A stretch of 64,000 nt of DNA, taken from the NCBI GenBank assembly GCA_965246885.1, contig OZ251992.1:384001-448000 (forward strand), given 5' to 3'. The translations under genes and the position numbers were made by a program. The notes beneath the pieces are model-generated. The model had not been told where the DNA came from. It did no database searches and saw only the letters and a list, made by a program, of their open reading frames with translations. Shown here in pieces: positions 63,745 to 64,000 of the stretch; position 1 is the first letter of the stretch; the number at the start of each line of letters is the position of its first letter. The DNA comes from Abditibacterium sp. (GTDB lineage Bacteria > Armatimonadota > Abditibacteriia > Abditibacteriales > Abditibacteriaceae).

Positions 63745-64000
63745 ATGAACCGTCACCGCGCCTCCTTTTCGTGCTTCCATGCGCTGGGTTGCGGATTGCC
63801 GCCGCTTTACTCGCTGTGCTATGCGCCGATTATCGCCCGCTTTTTGATGGCGCACGGCGTTCCTAAATGGCTTGGATGGGTGCTGGGATTCGCCGGATTT
63901 TGGGGAGGGATGAACTTGGGGCACCGTCTCGCGGTCGTTTTGCCGCCGAGGTTTGCGAAACTGGCGAACGTTATCGAGTTTGCCGTGTGGGTGTTGCCTG
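63745..64000 (+). CDS. Small membrane protein (MNRHRA leader), truncated by the window end
   Basis: Manual translation MNRHRASFSCFHALGCGLPPLYSLCYAPIIARFLMAHGVPKWLGWVLGFAGFWGG..., open to position 64000. Confidence 0.6.
   Translation, partial: MNRHRASFSCFHALGCGLPPLYSLCYAPIIARFLMAHGVPKWLGWVLGFAGFWGGMNLGHRLAVVLPPRFAKLANVIEFAVWVLP

Overview
A 64 kb GC-rich bacterial chromosomal window, dense in genes. Gene content and style suggest Abditibacteriota/Armatimonadota, but that is inference only. Housekeeping genes: zwf (partial), an aldo/keto reductase, rfbB, murQ, pepF, apaG, mrdA, trmFO, a CCA-type tRNA nucleotidyltransferase, dapA and tRNA-Thr(CGT). A Tad/Flp pilus system is split into two blocks about 48 kb apart (cpaB-cpaC-cpaE and cpaF-tadB-tadC). 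Signalling genes: a CHASE4-HAMP-PAS-GGDEF-EAL protein, an OmpR-like regulator lacking the phosphoacceptor Asp, and a vWA / Ser-Thr kinase-WD40 / WD40 cluster. Defence-like genes: an AbiEii-type nucleotidyltransferase pair, a degenerate PIN fusion, and an SF2 helicase next to a DNA methyltransferase. The most striking signals are non-canonical DNA elements. (1) A ~105-113 bp palindromic element occurs four times within 7 kb. One copy sits in frame inside the tRNA nucleotidyltransferase gene and adds about 36 aa, like the Rickettsia palindromic elements; another supplies the C-termini and stop codons of two convergent genes. (2) A dispersed family of intergenic tracts with 21-nt periodicity occurs at four loci. 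(3) A secreted-protein gene has its natural start out of frame at a G9 tract and also carries an in-frame TAG. (4) Tandem small membrane proteins share an MNRHRA leader. No CRISPR array, transposase, integrase or rRNA was seen. All assignments come from reading motifs by eye; no database searches were run.
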